Shown here: one piece after another, positions 19,516 to 29,588 of the stretch
Position numbering within the stretch: the first letter of the stretch is position 1
How the letters are laid out: the number at the start of each line of letters is the position of its first letter
DNA from: Polyangiaceae bacterium
Lineage (GTDB): Bacteria > Myxococcota_A > Polyangia > Polyangiales > Polyangiaceae
Reading direction: 5' to 3'
Assembly (NCBI GenBank): GCA_035063585.1
Contig: JAPSGB010000011.1
Coordinates: 1-64,000, forward strand
Length of the DNA: 64,000 nt
Made by a program: the position numbers and the translations under genes
The notes under the pieces: model-generated
Told to the model about the DNA's origin: nothing
Seen by the model: the letters and a program-made list of their open reading frames with translations, nothing else
Database searches by the model: none

Positions 19516-20958
19516 ATGGCGACCATCGAGCGCTCCCGGGGGGAGGACGCCGCCCCGGCCGGGCGAGCGCTCGCGGAAGAGGCGCCCGCCGAGCCACCGG
19601 TGCGGCGCGCGCTCGTGTTCTCGATCGTGTCGCTCGCGCTCCTCATGATGTCGGTCGACGGCACCATCGTCGCGACCGCGCTCGACGCGCTCGAGCGCGG
19701 CCTCGACACCAGCATCAATTGGGCGGGCTGGACGGTGACCGCGTACTCGCTCGGGTTCGTGCTCATGCTGCCCATCAGCGGGAAGCTGAGCGAACGCTAC
19801 GGGCGGCGGCGGGTCTTCCTCGGCTCGGTGCTCACCTTCACGCTCGCCTCGCTCGCGTGCGGGCTCGCCGAGGACATCGCGACGCTCATCGTGCTCCGCG
19901 CGCTGCAGGCCGCGGGCGGTGCGGGGTTCACGCCATCGGCGACCGGCATCGTGGTCGATCACTTCGGCGACGCGCGCGATCGCGCGGTAGGCCTCTTCGG
20001 GAGCATCTTCCCGGTCGGCGCGATGATCGGCCCCATCTTCGGCGGCCTCTTCGTGACCTACTGGACCTGGCGCGGGGTCTTCTTCGTGAACGTGCCCATC
20101 GGGCTCGTCGTCATCCTGCTCGGGTGGCGGCACATCCCGTCCGATCGACCGCGTCCGCGCCGCGAAGCGGGAGGGATGGATCTCCGCGGGTTGGCGCTCC
20201 TCGGCGGCGCGGTGCTCGGGGTGATGCTGGCAGCGAGCGCGCTCGGCGAACCCGGCGCGCGCGCGCTCTCGCTCGCGGTCGTCGCGCCAGCGTTGCTCGC
20301 GGGGAGCGCCGGGGCGGGTTTCTTTCGACATGTCCGCCGCGCGCCGGCGCCCTTCATCGAGCCGCGGCTGATTTACGGCGCGGGGTTCGGCGCGGTGAAC
20401 CTCATCAACGCCGTCTTCGGCGGGGTCACCCTCGCGATGATCACGCTCCTGCCCATCTACGCGACCGCGCGCTACGACATCGACGCGCTCGACTCGGGGA
20501 CGCTGCTCGTCGCGCAGGGGCTCGCCGCGATCGTGTTCTCGCTCATCGCGGCCTTCGCGCTGCGGAGGACGGGCTATCGCCCGCCGATCCTCTCGGGCGG
20601 CGTCATCATCGTGGCGGGGGCGCTGCTGCTCGCGCTAGGACCGCATCTCGGCCTCACACCCTTCGCATGGCTCGCGGCGAGCGCGTCCTTCATCGGCATG
20701 GGAAACGGGACACTGAACCCGGCGAGCCGTAACGCAGGGCTCCAGCTCGCGCCCGACAGCTCCTCCACGCTCGCCGCGCTCCGCTCGATGTCGATGCAGA
20801 TGGGTTCCATGCTGGCGGTCTCGGTGGCCACCGCGCTCCTCGCGGGCAGCGACGACCGCGGGCGCGCGCAGGCCGCGTTCTATGTCGCCTGCGCGGCGGT
20901 CCTCGCGCTCTCTCTGCCGCTCGTCCGGCGCGTGCCCGAGCACCGCGGCGCGTGGTGA
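19516..20958 (+). CDS. MFS drug:H+ antiporter (DHA2 type)
   Basis: Motif A GKLSERYGRR, motif C GPIFGG, WRGVFFVNVPIG; about 13-14 TM helices. Confidence 0.92.
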   Translation: MATIERSRGEDAAPAGRALAEEAPAEPPVRRALVFSIVSLALLMMSVDGTIVATALDALERGLDTSINWAGWTVTAYSLGFVLMLPISGKLSERYGRRRVFLGSVLTFTLASLACGLAEDIATLIVLRALQAAGGAGFTPSATGIVVDHFGDARDRAVGLFGSIFPVGAMIGPIFGGLFVTYWTWRGVFFVNVPIGLVVILLGWRHIPSDRPRPRREAGGMDLRGLALLGGAVLGVMLAASALGEPGARALSLAVVAPALLAGSAGAGFFRHVRRAPAPFIEPRLIYGAGFGAVNLINAVFGGVTLAMITLLPIYATARYDIDALDSGTLLVAQGLAAIVFSLIAAFALRRTGYRPPILSGGVIIVAGALLLALGPHLGLTPFAWLAASASFIGMGNGTLNPASRNAGLQLAPDSSSTLAALRSMSMQMGSMLAVSVATALLAGSDDRGRAQAAFYVACAAVLALSLPLVRRVPEHRGAW

Positions 20959-21050
20959 GCGCCGCGCCGCGACGGGCGCGACGGGCGCATGTGTCGAGTC
21001 TCCAGAGGAAACTGACGGGCCGCGGGTGATCGTGTTAGCGTGCGCGGGAG

Positions 21051-22154
21051 ATGACAGGCGAGAACCGCGAGAGCCCGCGCGTGCAGGCCGAGTTCACGGT
21101 CCGCGCCGAGGCCCTCTCGCGGGCGCGGCTGCCCGGGGTGGATCTGTCGCGGGGCGGGCTCTTCATCGCCACCGAGCGCTTCCTCCCGTTGAACGCGGTG
21201 CTCCGGCTCACCATCGCGCTCGACGACGCCCCCGGCGAGATCCCGACGCTCTGCCGGGTGGTCTTCGTGCGGGACCGCGCCGCGGCGAAGGCGACGGGCA
21301 AGCCGGCCGGGATGGGGCTCGAGCTGCTCGACATCTCGGCGGAGCACCGCGCGGTGCTCGACGAGTCGCTCGCCGCCCGCTCCGCGCGGAACCCCGCGCC
21401 GCCCCCTCCGCCGCGGGAGCGCCAGCCGTCGCGGAGCGACGCGCTCGACGTGATCGTGGTCGACGACGACGCGCGCTTCCGCGAGTACGCGGCCGGGCCG
21501 TTTCGCAAGCGCGGTGACCTCGTGCGGGTCACCTCGGACGGGCTCGAGGCGCTCGCCATGTGCCTGAAGCAGGCGCCCGACATCATCGTATCGGACGTGC
21601 AAATGCCGCGCATGGACGGCTGGCAGCTGCTCCGCCTGGTGCGCGCGCGACCGTCGCTGGCGGCGGTGCCGGTGCTATTTCTCACCACGCTCTCGGGGGA
21701 CGACGAGCGAATGCTCGGGTACCAGCTCGGGGTCGACGGCTACCTCGCCAAGCCGTACGCGCAGGAGGAGCTGCTCGTGCGCGTGCACCAGATCGTGCGA
21801 CGAGCGCGGAGCGCGCGGAGCACGCCGGGCGCTCGCACCACGCTCCGCGGCGAGCTCGATCACGTGGCGTCCGGGTCGCTCTTCTCGTTCCTCGAGATGG
21901 ATCGGAAGAGCGGCGTGCTGCTCGTGCTGGGCGCGTCGGTCGCGCGCGCGTTCTTCCGTGACGGCCGCGTGCTCCGGGTGGAGCTCGAGGGCACCGCGCT
22001 CGACTCGCGCGGGGCCTTCGCCGAGGTGCTCCGCTGGACGACCGGGCAGTTCGAGTTTTCGCCGCAGGAGGTCGTCTGCCGAGACGAGCTCGGGCAATCG
22101 GTCACGGCGCTGCTGCTCGAGTCCGCTCGAGAGGAAGACGAGGGCCGGCGCTGA
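21051..22154 (+). CDS. PilZ-REC-DUF4388 response regulator
   Basis: RESPR and DLSRGG (PilZ); VDDD, SDVQMP.MDG, KP (REC); KSGVL...G...W..G.FEF (DUF4388-like). Confidence 0.88.
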   Translation: MTGENRESPRVQAEFTVRAEALSRARLPGVDLSRGGLFIATERFLPLNAVLRLTIALDDAPGEIPTLCRVVFVRDRAAAKATGKPAGMGLELLDISAEHRAVLDESLAARSARNPAPPPPPRERQPSRSDALDVIVVDDDARFREYAAGPFRKRGDLVRVTSDGLEALAMCLKQAPDIIVSDVQMPRMDGWQLLRLVRARPSLAAVPVLFLTTLSGDDERMLGYQLGVDGYLAKPYAQEELLVRVHQIVRRARSARSTPGARTTLRGELDHVASGSLFSFLEMDRKSGVLLVLGASVARAFFRDGRVLRVELEGTALDSRGAFAEVLRWTTGQFEFSPQEVVCRDELGQSVTALLLESAREEDEGRR

Positions 22155-22200
22155 AGCGAGGGGGTGCGCCGGCGGCACCCCGCCGAGGGCGAGGCGGCGG

Positions 22201-23619
22201 TCAGAGCTGGAGCGATTTCACCTCGAGGAATTCCTCGAGACCGAACTCTCCGTACTCGCGCCCGCGGCCCGACTGCTTGTAGCCGCCGAAGGGCGCGATC
22301 GGGTTGAAGGCCGCGCCGTTGATGTCCACCTGCCCGGTACGAATCCGGCGCGCCACGCGCTTCGCGCGCTCGACGTCGGCCGACCACACCCCGCCCGCGA
22401 GCCCGTAGCGGGAGTCGTTCGCGATGCGGATGGCGTCCTCTTCGTCTTCGTAGGGGATGATCGAGAGCACCGGGCCGAAGATCTCGTCCTGCGCGATGGC
22501 CATGTCGCTCCGCACGTCGGAGAAGATCGTCGGCTTCACGAAGAAGCCCTTGGCGAGCCCCTCGGGCGGCTCTGCGCCACCCGTGACGAGCGTCGCGCCC
22601 TCCGCGATGCCCCGCTCGATGTAGCCGCGCACGCGCTCACGTTGCGCGGCGCTGACCAGCGGTCCGAGCCGCGTCTCGTCGGCGAGCGCCGGGCCGAGGG
22701 TGAGCCTCTCGGCGGCCGCGCGGGCCAGCGCCACGACCTCTTCGAGCCGCGCGCGAGGGACCAGCATGCGCGTCCACGCGCTGCACGTCTGCCCCGAATT
22801 CAGGAACGAGCTATTTACGCCCACCTTCACCGCGCGAGCGAAATCCGCGTCGTCGAGGATGAGGTTGGCGCTCTTGCCGCCGAGCTCGAGCGCGACGCGC
22901 TTCACCGTCCGTGCGGCGAGCTCCGAGACGCGCTTGCCCGCGCGAGTCGAGCCGGTGAAGCTCACCATATCGACCTTCGGATGCGTCGCGATGGCCTCGC
23001 CGACGGTAGGGCCGTCGCCGCTCACCAGGTTGAAGACCCCCGGCGGGAGCCCGACCGCGTGGATCGCCTCGGCGAGGATGAAGGCGCTGAGCGGCGCGAT
23101 CTCGCTCGGCTTCACCACCACCGTGCAGCCGACCGCGAGCGCAGGGGCGATCTTCGCGATGATCTGGTGGAGCGGGTAGTTCCACGGGGTGATGCAGCCG
23201 ACCACGCCGACCGGCTCTCGGATGACGAGCGAGCTCGCGATGGGCGTCTCGAACTCGAAGGAGCGGGCGAGCCGCGCGAAGGTCGATAAGTTGGAGATGG
23301 GGAGCGCGGCCTGGATCGGTCCGGCGAGGCGCAGCGGCATGCCGACCTCGCGCGCCACCGTCTCGGCGAGCTCCGCTTGGCGCGGCTCGAGCGCGCGGCC
23401 AATTGCCTCGAGCGCCGCCGCGCGCTCGGTGAGCGGCCTCCGCGACCAGCCGTCGAAGGCCGCCGCGGCGCGCTCGATGGCGCGGCCAGCGTCCTCGGCG
23501 GTACCCGCGGGCACGCGGCCCATCGGCTCCTCGGTCGAGGCGTCGATGACGTCGAAGGTCGCGCTGGAGGACGCGGGGGTCCACTCGCCGCCGATGTAGA
23601 GCTGGTCGTACGCCTTCAT
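22201..23619 (-). CDS. NAD(P)-dependent aldehyde dehydrogenase
   Basis: [38 protein letters not shown]. Confidence 0.95.
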   Translation of the reverse strand: MKAYDQLYIGGEWTPASSSATFDVIDASTEEPMGRVPAGTAEDAGRAIERAAAAFDGWSRRPLTERAAALEAIGRALEPRQAELAETVAREVGMPLRLAGPIQAALPISNLSTFARLARSFEFETPIASSLVIREPVGVVGCITPWNYPLHQIIAKIAPALAVGCTVVVKPSEIAPLSAFILAEAIHAVGLPPGVFNLVSGDGPTVGEAIATHPKVDMVSFTGSTRAGKRVSELAARTVKRVALELGGKSANLILDDADFARAVKVGVNSSFLNSGQTCSAWTRMLVPRARLEEVVALARAAAERLTLGPALADETRLGPLVSAAQRERVRGYIERGIAEGATLVTGGAEPPEGLAKGFFVKPTIFSDVRSDMAIAQDEIFGPVLSIIPYEDEEDAIRIANDSRYGLAGGVWSADVERAKRVARRIRTGQVDINGAAFNPIAPFGGYKQSGRGREYGEFGLEEFLEVKSLQL

Positions 23620-23716
23620 GCGAGGAACCGTTCGCGGGAACCGCGGCAGCGTCAAGCGGACGCCGGGGGAGGGTGCCGGGGCGGCGCGGCCGGCGGCGCG
23701 CTCGGCCCCCGCGCGC

Positions 23717-24544
23717 TCACGAGCGGCGTTTCAGCGCCTCGAGCTCGGCCTCGAGCGCCGCCGCGCGGGCCGCTTCCTGGTCCGCGCGGGCCGCTTCCTG
23801 GTCCGCGCGGGCCGCTTCCTGGTCCGCGCGGGCCGCTTCCTGGTCGGCGCGGCGGGCCGCCGCGTCGCGCGACGCGGTGAGCTCGTCCACCATCGAGCCG
23901 AGCTTGCCGATGAGCTCGTCCACGAAGGGGAGCGGCGCGGTGCCGTAATAGAAGCGCACCATGCCGCCGTCGACCGCGAGCTCGAGTCCGAGGATCTCCG
24001 AGGTGAAGCGCCCAGCCTGCGGCACGAGGCGCTCGTACGCGCCGCCGCCCTCGCGGAGCCGATATCCGACGAGCCGTGCCTCGGGCCGATCGAAGATGAA
24101 GTACTCGGGGATACCGAGCCGCGCGTAGCGCTCCACGTTGCGGCGAAAATCCTTGTCGTGGTCGCCCGACACGTGCACTTCCATCACGAAATCGAGCCCT
24201 CTGCCCTCGTGGCTCACCACCCAGCGCGAGCGCTCGCGGGGGTCGGTGTCGAGCACGGCGAGGATGTCCGGGCAGAAGCGGGGCTCGTTCGGGTAATAGG
24301 TGGCGAGCTCGCTCGAGACGTAGATGCGGCGGCCGGTGCGGCGGAAGAACTCGTCGAGCGCGTCGCGCGCGCCCTCCTTGGGGACGCGGTGCGGATCGCC
24401 TTCGGGCGGGTGGAGCTCGAGCGGGACCTCGGCAGGCAGCGAGGCGACCACGCGCTCGCGCTCCTCCGGGCCGAGGCGCTCCCACACCTCGACCGGCGGT
24501 GCCCGAGGGTCGTCGGGATCGATGGGCCACGTCGACTGGACCAC
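23717..24544 (-). CDS. Uma2/DUF820-family PD-(D/E)xK-like protein with coiled-coil tail
   Basis: PDILAV, MEV, D.D....[20 protein letters not shown]-terminal ARADQEA repeats. Confidence 0.88.
   Translation of the reverse strand: MVQSTWPIDPDDPRAPPVEVWERLGPEERERVVASLPAEVPLELHPPEGDPHRVPKEGARDALDEFFRRTGRRIYVSSELATYYPNEPRFCPDILAVLDTDPRERSRWVVSHEGRGLDFVMEVHVSGDHDKDFRRNVERYARLGIPEYFIFDRPEARLVGYRLREGGGAYERLVPQAGRFTSEILGLELAVDGGMVRFYYGTAPLPFVDELIGKLGSMVDELTASRDAAARRADQEAARADQEAARADQEAARADQEAARAAALEAELEALKRRS
23761..23844. repeat. 21-bp tandem repeat x4 (encodes ARADQEA heptads)
   Basis: CCGCGCGGGCCGCTTCCTGGT repeated exactly four times. Confidence 0.95.
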
Positions 24545-24641
24545 GCGCCGAGCATAGCACGCGCCGCCGGCCGCGCCGGACCGGAGAGCCGGCTCGCTGC
24601 CGAGCCGAGCTCGCCCGCGTCTTCGCGGTATCCTCGTTCGC

Positions 24642-25835
24642 GTGTCGAACCGCGTGAGCAATCGCGACGCGCTCCTCGCGGGCGCGTCGGGAGCGGACGC
24701 TCGGCGGCGCGCCGTCGCGCTCGAGCTCATCGACGCGGCGCTCGCGGCGATCGAGCCGCGGCGGGTCACCATCCTCGCGCTCGAGCGCGCGCGCCGCGCG
24801 GGCGCGCGGCTAGACGGCTGCACGGTGTTCGCGTTCGGCAAGGCGGCGCGCGGGATGGCGGAGGGCGCGCTCGCGGCGTGCGAGGTGCGCGGCGGGTTGG
24901 TCGTCTCCTACGACGACCGCGGCGCGCTCGGCCCGCTCGCGCTCCGCCGAGGCGGCCACCCGCTCCCGCTGCCCGACGCGGCCGAGGTTGGCCGCGAGGT
25001 GCTCGCGCTCGCCGAGCGTCTCGGCCCGGACGAGGTCGCGCTCTGCCTGGTGAGCGGAGGCGGCTCGACGATGCTCGAGCTGCCCCGCGAGGGCGTGACG
25101 CTCGACGAGATCGCGCGCGTCACCGCCCGGCTCGGGCGGGCGGGCGCGCCCATCGAGGAGCTGAACCACGCGCGCTCCGCGCTCTCGCGCCTCAAGGCCG
25201 GCGGGCTCGCGCGCGCGCTCGCGCCGGCGCGGATCGTGAACGTGGTCATCTCCGACGTGCCCGGCGCGGGGCCGGAGCTGGTCGCATCCGGACCGACCTT
25301 CGCGCCCGAGCTCGCGGCGACGACCACCACGCTCGTGGCGGCCGACAACCTGACCGCGCGCCGCGCGCTCGTCGAGGCGGCGCGTGCCCGCGGGCTCGTG
25401 CTCGAAGACACTCCCTCGTATTTCCGTGGGGAATCGCGCGAGGCGGCGCCAGCGTGGTTGGGGGCGTGCCGCGCCCGCGCCGACCACGCCGAGCGGGACG
25501 GGTTCGTGTGGGGTGGCGAGACGACCGTCACCGTGCGCGGCGCGGGGCGCGGTGGGCGGTGCCAGGAGGCGGCGCTCGGGGTGCTCGCGCGCGGCTACGC
25601 CGAGGCCGGCCTCTTCGTCGCGCTCGGGACCGACGGCGTGGACGGCTCGAGCGCCGCGGCCGGCGCGCTGGTCGACCGCGCGGTGGGTGAGCGCGTGCGC
25701 GCCTGCGGCCTGGAGCCGCGCGCCGCGCTCGACGAGAGCGACTCGGATGCGTTCTTCCGCGCCGCCCGGAGCCGCGTCGTCACCGGGCGCACCGGCACCA
25801 ACGTCGCCGATCTCTGGCTCTACTTGCGCGGGTAG
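24642..25835 (+). CDS. Glycerate 2-kinase (DUF4147/MOFRL family)
   Basis: GKAA..MA, HP.P, SGGGS, K.GGL, ISDV.G, ASGPT, GGETTV, G.GGR.QE, TDG.DG, TGTNV.D. Confidence 0.92.
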   Translation: MSNRVSNRDALLAGASGADARRRAVALELIDAALAAIEPRRVTILALERARRAGARLDGCTVFAFGKAARGMAEGALAACEVRGGLVVSYDDRGALGPLALRRGGHPLPLPDAAEVGREVLALAERLGPDEVALCLVSGGGSTMLELPREGVTLDEIARVTARLGRAGAPIEELNHARSALSRLKAGGLARALAPARIVNVVISDVPGAGPELVASGPTFAPELAATTTTLVAADNLTARRALVEAARARGLVLEDTPSYFRGESREAAPAWLGACRARADHAERDGFVWGGETTVTVRGAGRGGRCQEAALGVLARGYAEAGLFVALGTDGVDGSSAAAGALVDRAVGERVRACGLEPRAALDESDSDAFFRAARSRVVTGRTGTNVADLWLYLRG

Positions 25836-25854
25836 GGCGACGCGCCGCCGCGGG

Positions 25855-26796
25855 TCAGCCGAGCCGGGCGGCGCGAAACCGCTCGAACGCCTCGCGCGAG
25901 GTGTAGCGCGGCGTGTAGCCGAACTCGCGCTTCAGCCGGGCGTTCGAGAGCACCGGGCGATAACGGAGGAAATCGACCTGCTCGGCGCCGCGCGCGCTGA
26001 GGCCCGCGCGCTGGAGCGCCGCGAGCGCGAGCCCGAGCACCCGCGGCGGGATGGGGAGGTACGGCTTGCGGAGGAGCCGCGCGAGCTCGCGCGGGCTGAG
26101 CGCGCCGTCTCCCGCCAGGTTGTACGCGCCCTCGGCGTCCTCGAGCGCGCCCTTCACGAGGCAGGCGACGACGTCCGAGTCGTCGATGAACACGAAGGGC
26201 GACTCGGAGCCCATGACGCCGAGCACGACCGGCTGCTCGAAGAGCGCGGTGACGGGGCTGTCTACCGTGGGGCCGAGCACGGTGCCGGGGCGGAAGATGA
26301 GCTGCGCGAGCCCGGGGTGCCGCTCGCGGTACTCGGCGAGCAGCTCCTCGGCCAGCCGTTTGTTGCGGGAGTAGGCGAACGCGTCGTTGCCGCGGAGCGG
26401 CGTGGCTTCGTCGAGCCAGGCGGGGTGGTCCGGGTGGTAGCCGTAGGCCGCGCCGCTGCTCGTCACGACCACGCGCCGCACGCCGCGCGCGACCGCGGCC
26501 TCGAGGAGGTTCTTGGTGCCGAGCACGTCGACCTCGTACGCGAGCGCGTCGCCGCCCTGCTTCGGGGGCTTCACGAGCGAGGCGAGGTGCACCACCACGT
26601 CGATCGCGTGCTCGCCGATGAGCTCGCCCACCCGCGGGCTGGTGATGCTCGTCGTCTCATAGACGACGCCGGGCGCGCGCTCGCGGGGCGCGCGCACGTC
26701 GAGCGACACGAGCGCGCCGAGGCCCGCCTTCGAGAGGGCGGCGACCGTGAGCGCGCCGAGGTAGCCCGAGCCGCCGGTGACGAGGACGCGCCTCAT
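25855..26796 (-). CDS. Extended SDR, NAD-dependent epimerase/dehydratase family
   Basis: TGGSGYLG, HLA, TSS.AAYG, YSRNK; start overlaps the upstream stop (ATGA). Confidence 0.9.
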   Translation of the reverse strand: MRRVLVTGGSGYLGALTVAALSKAGLGALVSLDVRAPRERAPGVVYETTSITSPRVGELIGEHAIDVVVHLASLVKPPKQGGDALAYEVDVLGTKNLLEAAVARGVRRVVVTSSGAAYGYHPDHPAWLDEATPLRGNDAFAYSRNKRLAEELLAEYRERHPGLAQLIFRPGTVLGPTVDSPVTALFEQPVVLGVMGSESPFVFIDDSDVVACLVKGALEDAEGAYNLAGDGALSPRELARLLRKPYLPIPPRVLGLALAALQRAGLSARGAEQVDFLRYRPVLSNARLKREFGYTPRYTSREAFERFRAARLG

Positions 26797-28532
26797 CCCT
26801 CCGGCTCCTGGTGCATGGCCTTGAAGGTCATGAGCCCCGGCGCCCAGAGGTGCAGCATCGGATCGACGTCCACCTGCACGACCGCGGGACCGGGGTGCTC
26901 GAGCGCGGCTCGGAGCGTCCCCTCGAGCTCGCCGGGCTTCGCCACCCGCGCGCCGTGGGCGCCCATGGCGCGGGCCACGTCGTCGAAGCGGATCTCGCCG
27001 AGATCGGCGTTGATGGTGCCCTCGTCGGCGACCCCGAGCGTCTCCCGGGCGGCGGCGAGCCCGACCTGCTGGGTGAGCTTCACCATGCCCCACTGCCGAT
27101 CGGCGACGACCACGAACTTGACGGGCAGCGCGTGGCGCACCGCGGTCTCCACCTCTTGCAGGTGGAAGCCCATCGCGCCGTCGCCGAGTAGGCACACGAC
27201 CGGCGCGCCGGGTCGCGCGAGCTGCGCGCCGAGCGCCTGGCCCGGTCCCGCGCCGAGCATGCCGAGCTTGAAGGTCGAGAGCAGGCAGCCGGGCGCGCGC
27301 TGCGCGAAGTAGAACTGCGCCCACACCGCGGTGTTGCCGCCGTCGACGACCAGCACCGCGTCGTCGGGCAAGAGCCGGCGGAGCGTGTGCGGCACCAGCG
27401 CGGTCGCCATCGGCTCGGCCTCGTTGGCGAGCGCCGGGGCGAGCTCGCGCTCGGCTTCGACGATGAGCGCGTCGATGCGGTCGCGCCAGCCGCCGCGCGC
27501 GCGCTTCGCGAGCGCGGGGGCGAGCGCGCGGAGAAAAGCGCCGGCGTCGGCGTGGATCGCGAGCTCCGCGCGGCGGTTCAGGCCGAGGAGCTCCTCGTCG
27601 GCGTCGACCTGAATCACGCGCTGCTCGCCGGGCCGAGCCCAGTAGGGCGCCTTGCCCCAGAAGTCCGTCTCACCGAGCCGCGAGCCGACGACGAGCACCA
27701 GATCCGCCTGCCGACGTGCCTCGTCGACCGCGGCGAGCGCGCTGAGCGGCAAGGCGAGCGGGTGCGTCTCGGGGAGCGCGCCGCGCGCGCCCCAGCTCGT
27801 GCTCACCGGAGCCTCGAGGAGCTCGGCCACGCGCCGGAGCGCCTCGAACGCGCGCGCATGGACGACGCCGCTGCCCGCATGGATGAGCGGGCGCTCGGCG
27901 GCCCGGAGCAGCTCGGCCGCGCGCGCGAGCTGCGCCGCGGGAGGCTCGATGGGCTCCGTGCGCCGGTACTCGGCGGGCTCCGCGATGGCACCCTTCGGGA
28001 GCGGGCTCGCGCCGTTCAGCACGTTCTCGGGCACGTCGAGGTGCACCACGCCGGGCCGCCCTCGGTGACTGACGCGCAGCGCGCGGCGCAGCGCCTCCGG
28101 GATCCGCTCGACGCTCCCGGCGACCCCGCTCCATTTCGTCATCGCGCGGGTGACGCCTGCTTGGTCGAAGTACTGATAGGTTCCGCCGCGGTCGGGGTAG
28201 GCGATGCCCTGCCGGCGGCAGCTCGTGATGACGAGCACGCGGTTACCCTCGCCGTTCTCCACCGCGATGCCGGGCAGCAGGTTCGCGACGCCCGGGCCGT
28301 TGCTCGCCATGCACACCCCGAGCTCACCGGTGAGCCGCGCGTAGGCGCCGGCCATGTGCGCGGCGGTCGTCTCGTGACGTGGCGACACCAGTCGGATGCC
28401 GTACTTCGCGAAGCTCGCGTAGAGCCCGAGGTAGGTGCCATCTACGATCCCGAAGACGACCTTCACGCCCTCCTTCGCCAGCATCTCCGCGATGATCTCG
28501 CCGCCCAGAACCGTGCGTTCGCTCTCGCCCAT
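26793..28532 (-). CDS. ThDP-dependent enzyme (acetolactate synthase / 2-hydroxyacyl-CoA lyase-like)
   Basis: RHE...HMA..YAR, NGPG..N, GSRL, DGGN, GDGAMGF...E.ET; GGAGG before ATG 28532. Confidence 0.9.
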   Translation of the reverse strand: MGESERTVLGGEIIAEMLAKEGVKVVFGIVDGTYLGLYASFAKYGIRLVSPRHETTAAHMAGAYARLTGELGVCMASNGPGVANLLPGIAVENGEGNRVLVITSCRRQGIAYPDRGGTYQYFDQAGVTRAMTKWSGVAGSVERIPEALRRALRVSHRGRPGVVHLDVPENVLNGASPLPKGAIAEPAEYRRTEPIEPPAAQLARAAELLRAAERPLIHAGSGVVHARAFEALRRVAELLEAPVSTSWGARGALPETHPLALPLSALAAVDEARRQADLVLVVGSRLGETDFWGKAPYWARPGEQRVIQVDADEELLGLNRRAELAIHADAGAFLRALAPALAKRARGGWRDRIDALIVEAERELAPALANEAEPMATALVPHTLRRLLPDDAVLVVDGGNTAVWAQFYFAQRAPGCLLSTFKLGMLGAGPGQALGAQLARPGAPVVCLLGDGAMGFHLQEVETAVRHALPVKFVVVADRQWGMVKLTQQVGLAAARETLGVADEGTINADLGEIRFDDVARAMGAHGARVAKPGELEGTLRAALEHPGPAVVQVDVDPMLHLWAPGLMTFKAMHQEPEG

Positions 28533-28563
28533 GATCGCCTCCGGTGTCGCTCGGCCTCCCAAG

Positions 28564-28634
28564 TTGACCGAGCGGTCAAATTAACTAGAGCCATTTTGAA
28601 CCACTTGCAAGAACATTATTGACCGAGCGGTCAA
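28564..28634. promoter_or_regulatory. Two identical palindromic operators TTGACCG-AG-CGGTCAA (28564-28579 and 28619-28634)
   Basis: Perfect 7-bp inverted arms, duplicated, in the AT-rich divergent region between the TetR and ThDP-enzyme genes. Confidence 0.88.
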
Positions 28635-29284
28635 ATGCTGGCAGAGAGCTCGACGTGGCCGCCGAACGCATCCTCGACGCCGCCGCGGCGCTCTTCGGCG
28701 AGCGCGGGTTCGCGGCCGTGAGCGTGCGCGACGTGGCCCTGCGCGCGGGCGTGAAGAAGGCGTCCGTCTTCTACTACTTCGGCAGCAAGGCCGAGCTCTT
28801 CGAGCGGGTGCTCGACCGCTACTACGAGGCGCACGCGCGCGCTCTCGAGGCGGTCGCGCGCGGCCCCGGCGACGCCCACGAGCGGCTGCACCGGCTCCTC
28901 GACGGCTACCTCGACTTCATGGAGGACAGCGAGCGCTGGGTTCGGCTGGTGCAGAGCGAGCTCGGTGCCGGCTCCGCGCACCTGCCGCGCATCGCGCGCG
29001 GGCTCGAGCTGCTCTACGAGCGGGTGCGGGCCGTGCTCGACGGGCTGGTGCCCGAGCAGGGCCCGCTCGCCGCGCGGCACTTCTTCGTGAGTTTTGCCGG
29101 CATCGTCAACGCGTACCCCACCTACGCGCCCGCGCTGGGCGACATTTTCCACGGGGATCCGCTCGCCGCCCACGCGCGCCGCGAGCGCCGCGAGCACGTC
29201 CACTTCGTGGCGGACGCGCTGCTCCACGCGCTGCTCGAGCGAGAGCGGGGCAGGGGTGCCGGTCCGGCGCGAAGCCGAGGCTGA
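28619..29284 (+). CDS. TetR/AcrR-family transcriptional regulator
   Basis: ILDAA..LF.ERGF..VSVRDVA..AGV....FYYF.SK.EL; true start may be GTG 28655. Confidence 0.93.
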   Translation: MTERSNAGRELDVAAERILDAAAALFGERGFAAVSVRDVALRAGVKKASVFYYFGSKAELFERVLDRYYEAHARALEAVARGPGDAHERLHRLLDGYLDFMEDSERWVRLVQSELGAGSAHLPRIARGLELLYERVRAVLDGLVPEQGPLAARHFFVSFAGIVNAYPTYAPALGDIFHGDPLAAHARRERREHVHFVADALLHALLERERGRGAGPARSRG

Positions 29285-29387
29285 CGGGCCGCGCGGCTTC
29301 GCGCCGGTCCGGCAAGGATGAACCGCTGCTCGACGAACCGCTGCTCGACGGCTGACGGTCCGCGCGGCTTCGCGCCGGACCGGCAAG
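29254..29387. repeat. Composite REP/BIME-like cluster
   Basis: 38-bp units at 29279-29316 and 29350-29387 (2 mismatches), an inverted partial copy at 29257-29277, and a 15-bp tandem duplication GAACCGCTGCTCGAC between the units. Confidence 0.8.
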
Positions 29388-29588
29388 ACCCCGGGACGCG
29401 GTGCCGAGTGAGCGCGCTCGGCGCCGAGGCGACGCGAGGCGCTCCGCGAGGCATCGGCGCCGCGCTCCCGGACGGAGTCCGAGCCCGTCCGGGCCGGCAA
29501 GCGGGCGCGCTCCCGGCAGGTGGCGCGCTCGACCGGTGACGCGAGGCTCGGTATCATCGAGGGGTTCGGTCATCTCGTGGAGGGACTC

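Noticed and set aside
23717..24544. Uma2 gene as a restriction or defence system
   Set aside because: No methylase or partner gene; Uma2 paralogues are abundant stand-alone genes in myxobacteria.
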